A stretch of 64,000 bases of DNA from Blepharisma stoltei ATCC 30299 (Eukaryota; Protista; Ciliophora). The DNA lies in NCBI GenBank assembly GCA_965603825.1, contig CBFDEM010000034.1, positions 186,001 through 250,000 on the forward strand. Direction: 5' to 3'. Numbering within the stretch: position 1 is the stretch's first letter; each line of letters starts with the position of its first letter. Of the stretch, positions 62,892 through 64,000 are shown piece after piece. The position numbers and the translations under genes are program-made. Under the pieces are notes generated by a model. It was given only the letters and a program-made list of their open reading frames with translations. It was not told the DNA's origin and made no database searches.

Positions 62892-62966
62892 TAGTTGCAA
62901 ATTCTATTTAACTGGTAAAACTACATCTTAGTTGCAAATTCTATTTAACTGGTAAAACTACATCTT
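62892..62966. repeat. Perfect 37-bp tandem duplication
   Basis: TAGTTGCAAATTCTATTTAACTGGTAAAACTACATCT at 62892-62928 and 62929-62965. Confidence 0.92.
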
Positions 62967-63837
62967 CTGAATCATCAAAAACACTTGGATAAGCATAGTA
63001 AATGTTTATCGTAATATCTTTCTCGTCAATTTTGCTAAGCTGCTGATCTTTAAGCTTATTGCAAATCTCTTTTTCGCTTAAAAGTGTTTCTCTTAAACTT
63101 TGGCTTTGATCCTGCAATTTTTTCATAGCCTCCAAGCTTTCTTCAAATTTTTGATTCATGGTTGCCTTTCTTTCTTCAATTTCTACATCTCGATGAGAAA
63201 TAGAATTAAGACTTGCCTTCAATTTTTCAATGATCTCTTTTTTCTCTCTATCGTCCTGACTTTGACTGTATTCTTTTGTTATATTTTCTTCTATATTGAT
63301 TTTCAAATAATTTAAATTTGCTATTAGTATGTCTAAATTTTCTATATCTGCGCTGCTGTTTATAGAAGAATTTGATATATAATTCAAACACTCGTCAATG
63401 TATTTAAGTGTCTCTTTAAAGTTTGCAATTGTTTGCTTATGATTATAGCTATTGCTTTCGTGGCTGTTCTTTAAAAATGTAACTTTTGCGGTGATTTCAT
63501 TGATGCTTTTATTTAACAGTTTATCTTGATTCTCTTTATTGGATTTAAGTGATAATATTTTAGCTTGAAGATCGCTTATTTTGGTGTCGAGATTAAATAC
63601 TTCAGACTCATACGTATGCAATTGCTGGCTACATTCAGAAGACCTCTTTCCTAAATCACTAACTGCTTGATTGTTTCCAATCAATGATTCGGCTGGTCTT
63701 TTTTTATGAACTTTGGATGCTTCCTCTTCTAAGGCTTTTGCTTCTAAATTAATTGAAGGATATATTTCTTTATTTATGCTTCTAATAGTAAAGCTTAATG
63801 TTCAGATTGCTAAGAAAATTTTCAGTTGAGTTTTCAT
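62941..63837 (-). CDS. Coiled-coil protein with hydrophobic N-terminus (298 aa)
   Basis: ATG 63837, MKTQLKIFLAIW(TGA)TLSF…, long heptad region, TAG at 62941. Confidence 0.7.
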
Positions 63838-63870
63838 TTTAACTCATTACTATAATAAACAATTTATCTA

Positions 63871-64000
63871 TTAAGTTTTATTAACTGATGAAAGATACCC
63901 AACAATAATCCCCGCAATTAAGCACATCAGAACATGGAATAACCCGAAACCTTTTGCAGCAGTCTCTGTTGTAGACCTCTTAGGATCGAATTCTCTTCTC
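63871..64000 (-). CDS. C-terminal fragment of a tail-anchored membrane protein (VAP/Scs2-like tail possible)
   Basis: …AAKGFGLFHVLMCLIAGIIVGYLSSVNKT-TAA; the 5' part lies outside the window. Confidence 0.55.
   Translation of the reverse strand, partial: RREFDPKRSTTETAAKGFGLFHVLMCLIAGIIVGYLSSVNKT

Noticed and set aside
650-63315. Short antisense or alternate-frame ORFs in the track (e.g. 650-961, 2021-2302, 4336-5341 set, 51875-52418 set, 61235-62623 set)
   Set aside because: Shadows of well-supported genes on the other strand or frame, with no recognisable motifs.
1-64000. tRNA/rRNA genes, telomeric repeats, CRISPR arrays, intact transposons
   Set aside because: None recognisable by eye. 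Isolated CCCTAA hexamers are not in tandem. A covariance-model scan would be needed to exclude small ncRNAs.

Overview
AT-rich, gene-dense eukaryotic DNA with the signature of a heterotrich ciliate macronuclear genome, most likely Blepharisma (inference). In-frame TGA is read as Trp, so only TAA/TAG stop translation, and introns are tiny (15-16 nt, GTAA...AG). The supplied ORF track treats TGA as stop and fragments most genes. Re-read with TGA=Trp, the window holds about 37 CDS. Housekeeping genes include ALG6, NHP2, PEX19, two ADF/cofilins, ARPC4, CFAP100, CCT5, a RING-H2 ligase and an R2R3-MYB. About 6-42 kb is a signalling island: seven membrane-bound hybrid histidine kinases (TM-PAS-HisKA-HATPase-receiver), two paralogous ~1,370-aa TmcB-like multi-TM PAS proteins, a dual-acylation PH-like protein and a pentapeptide/WD40 protein. 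Inside it lie a tandem trio of unrecognised C4 zinc-finger proteins and an intact ORF resembling a CRESS-DNA-virus Rep endonuclease domain whose catalytic residues are replaced. That Zn-finger/Rep block is the best candidate for something undescribed. All calls come from manual translation and motif recognition; no searches were run.
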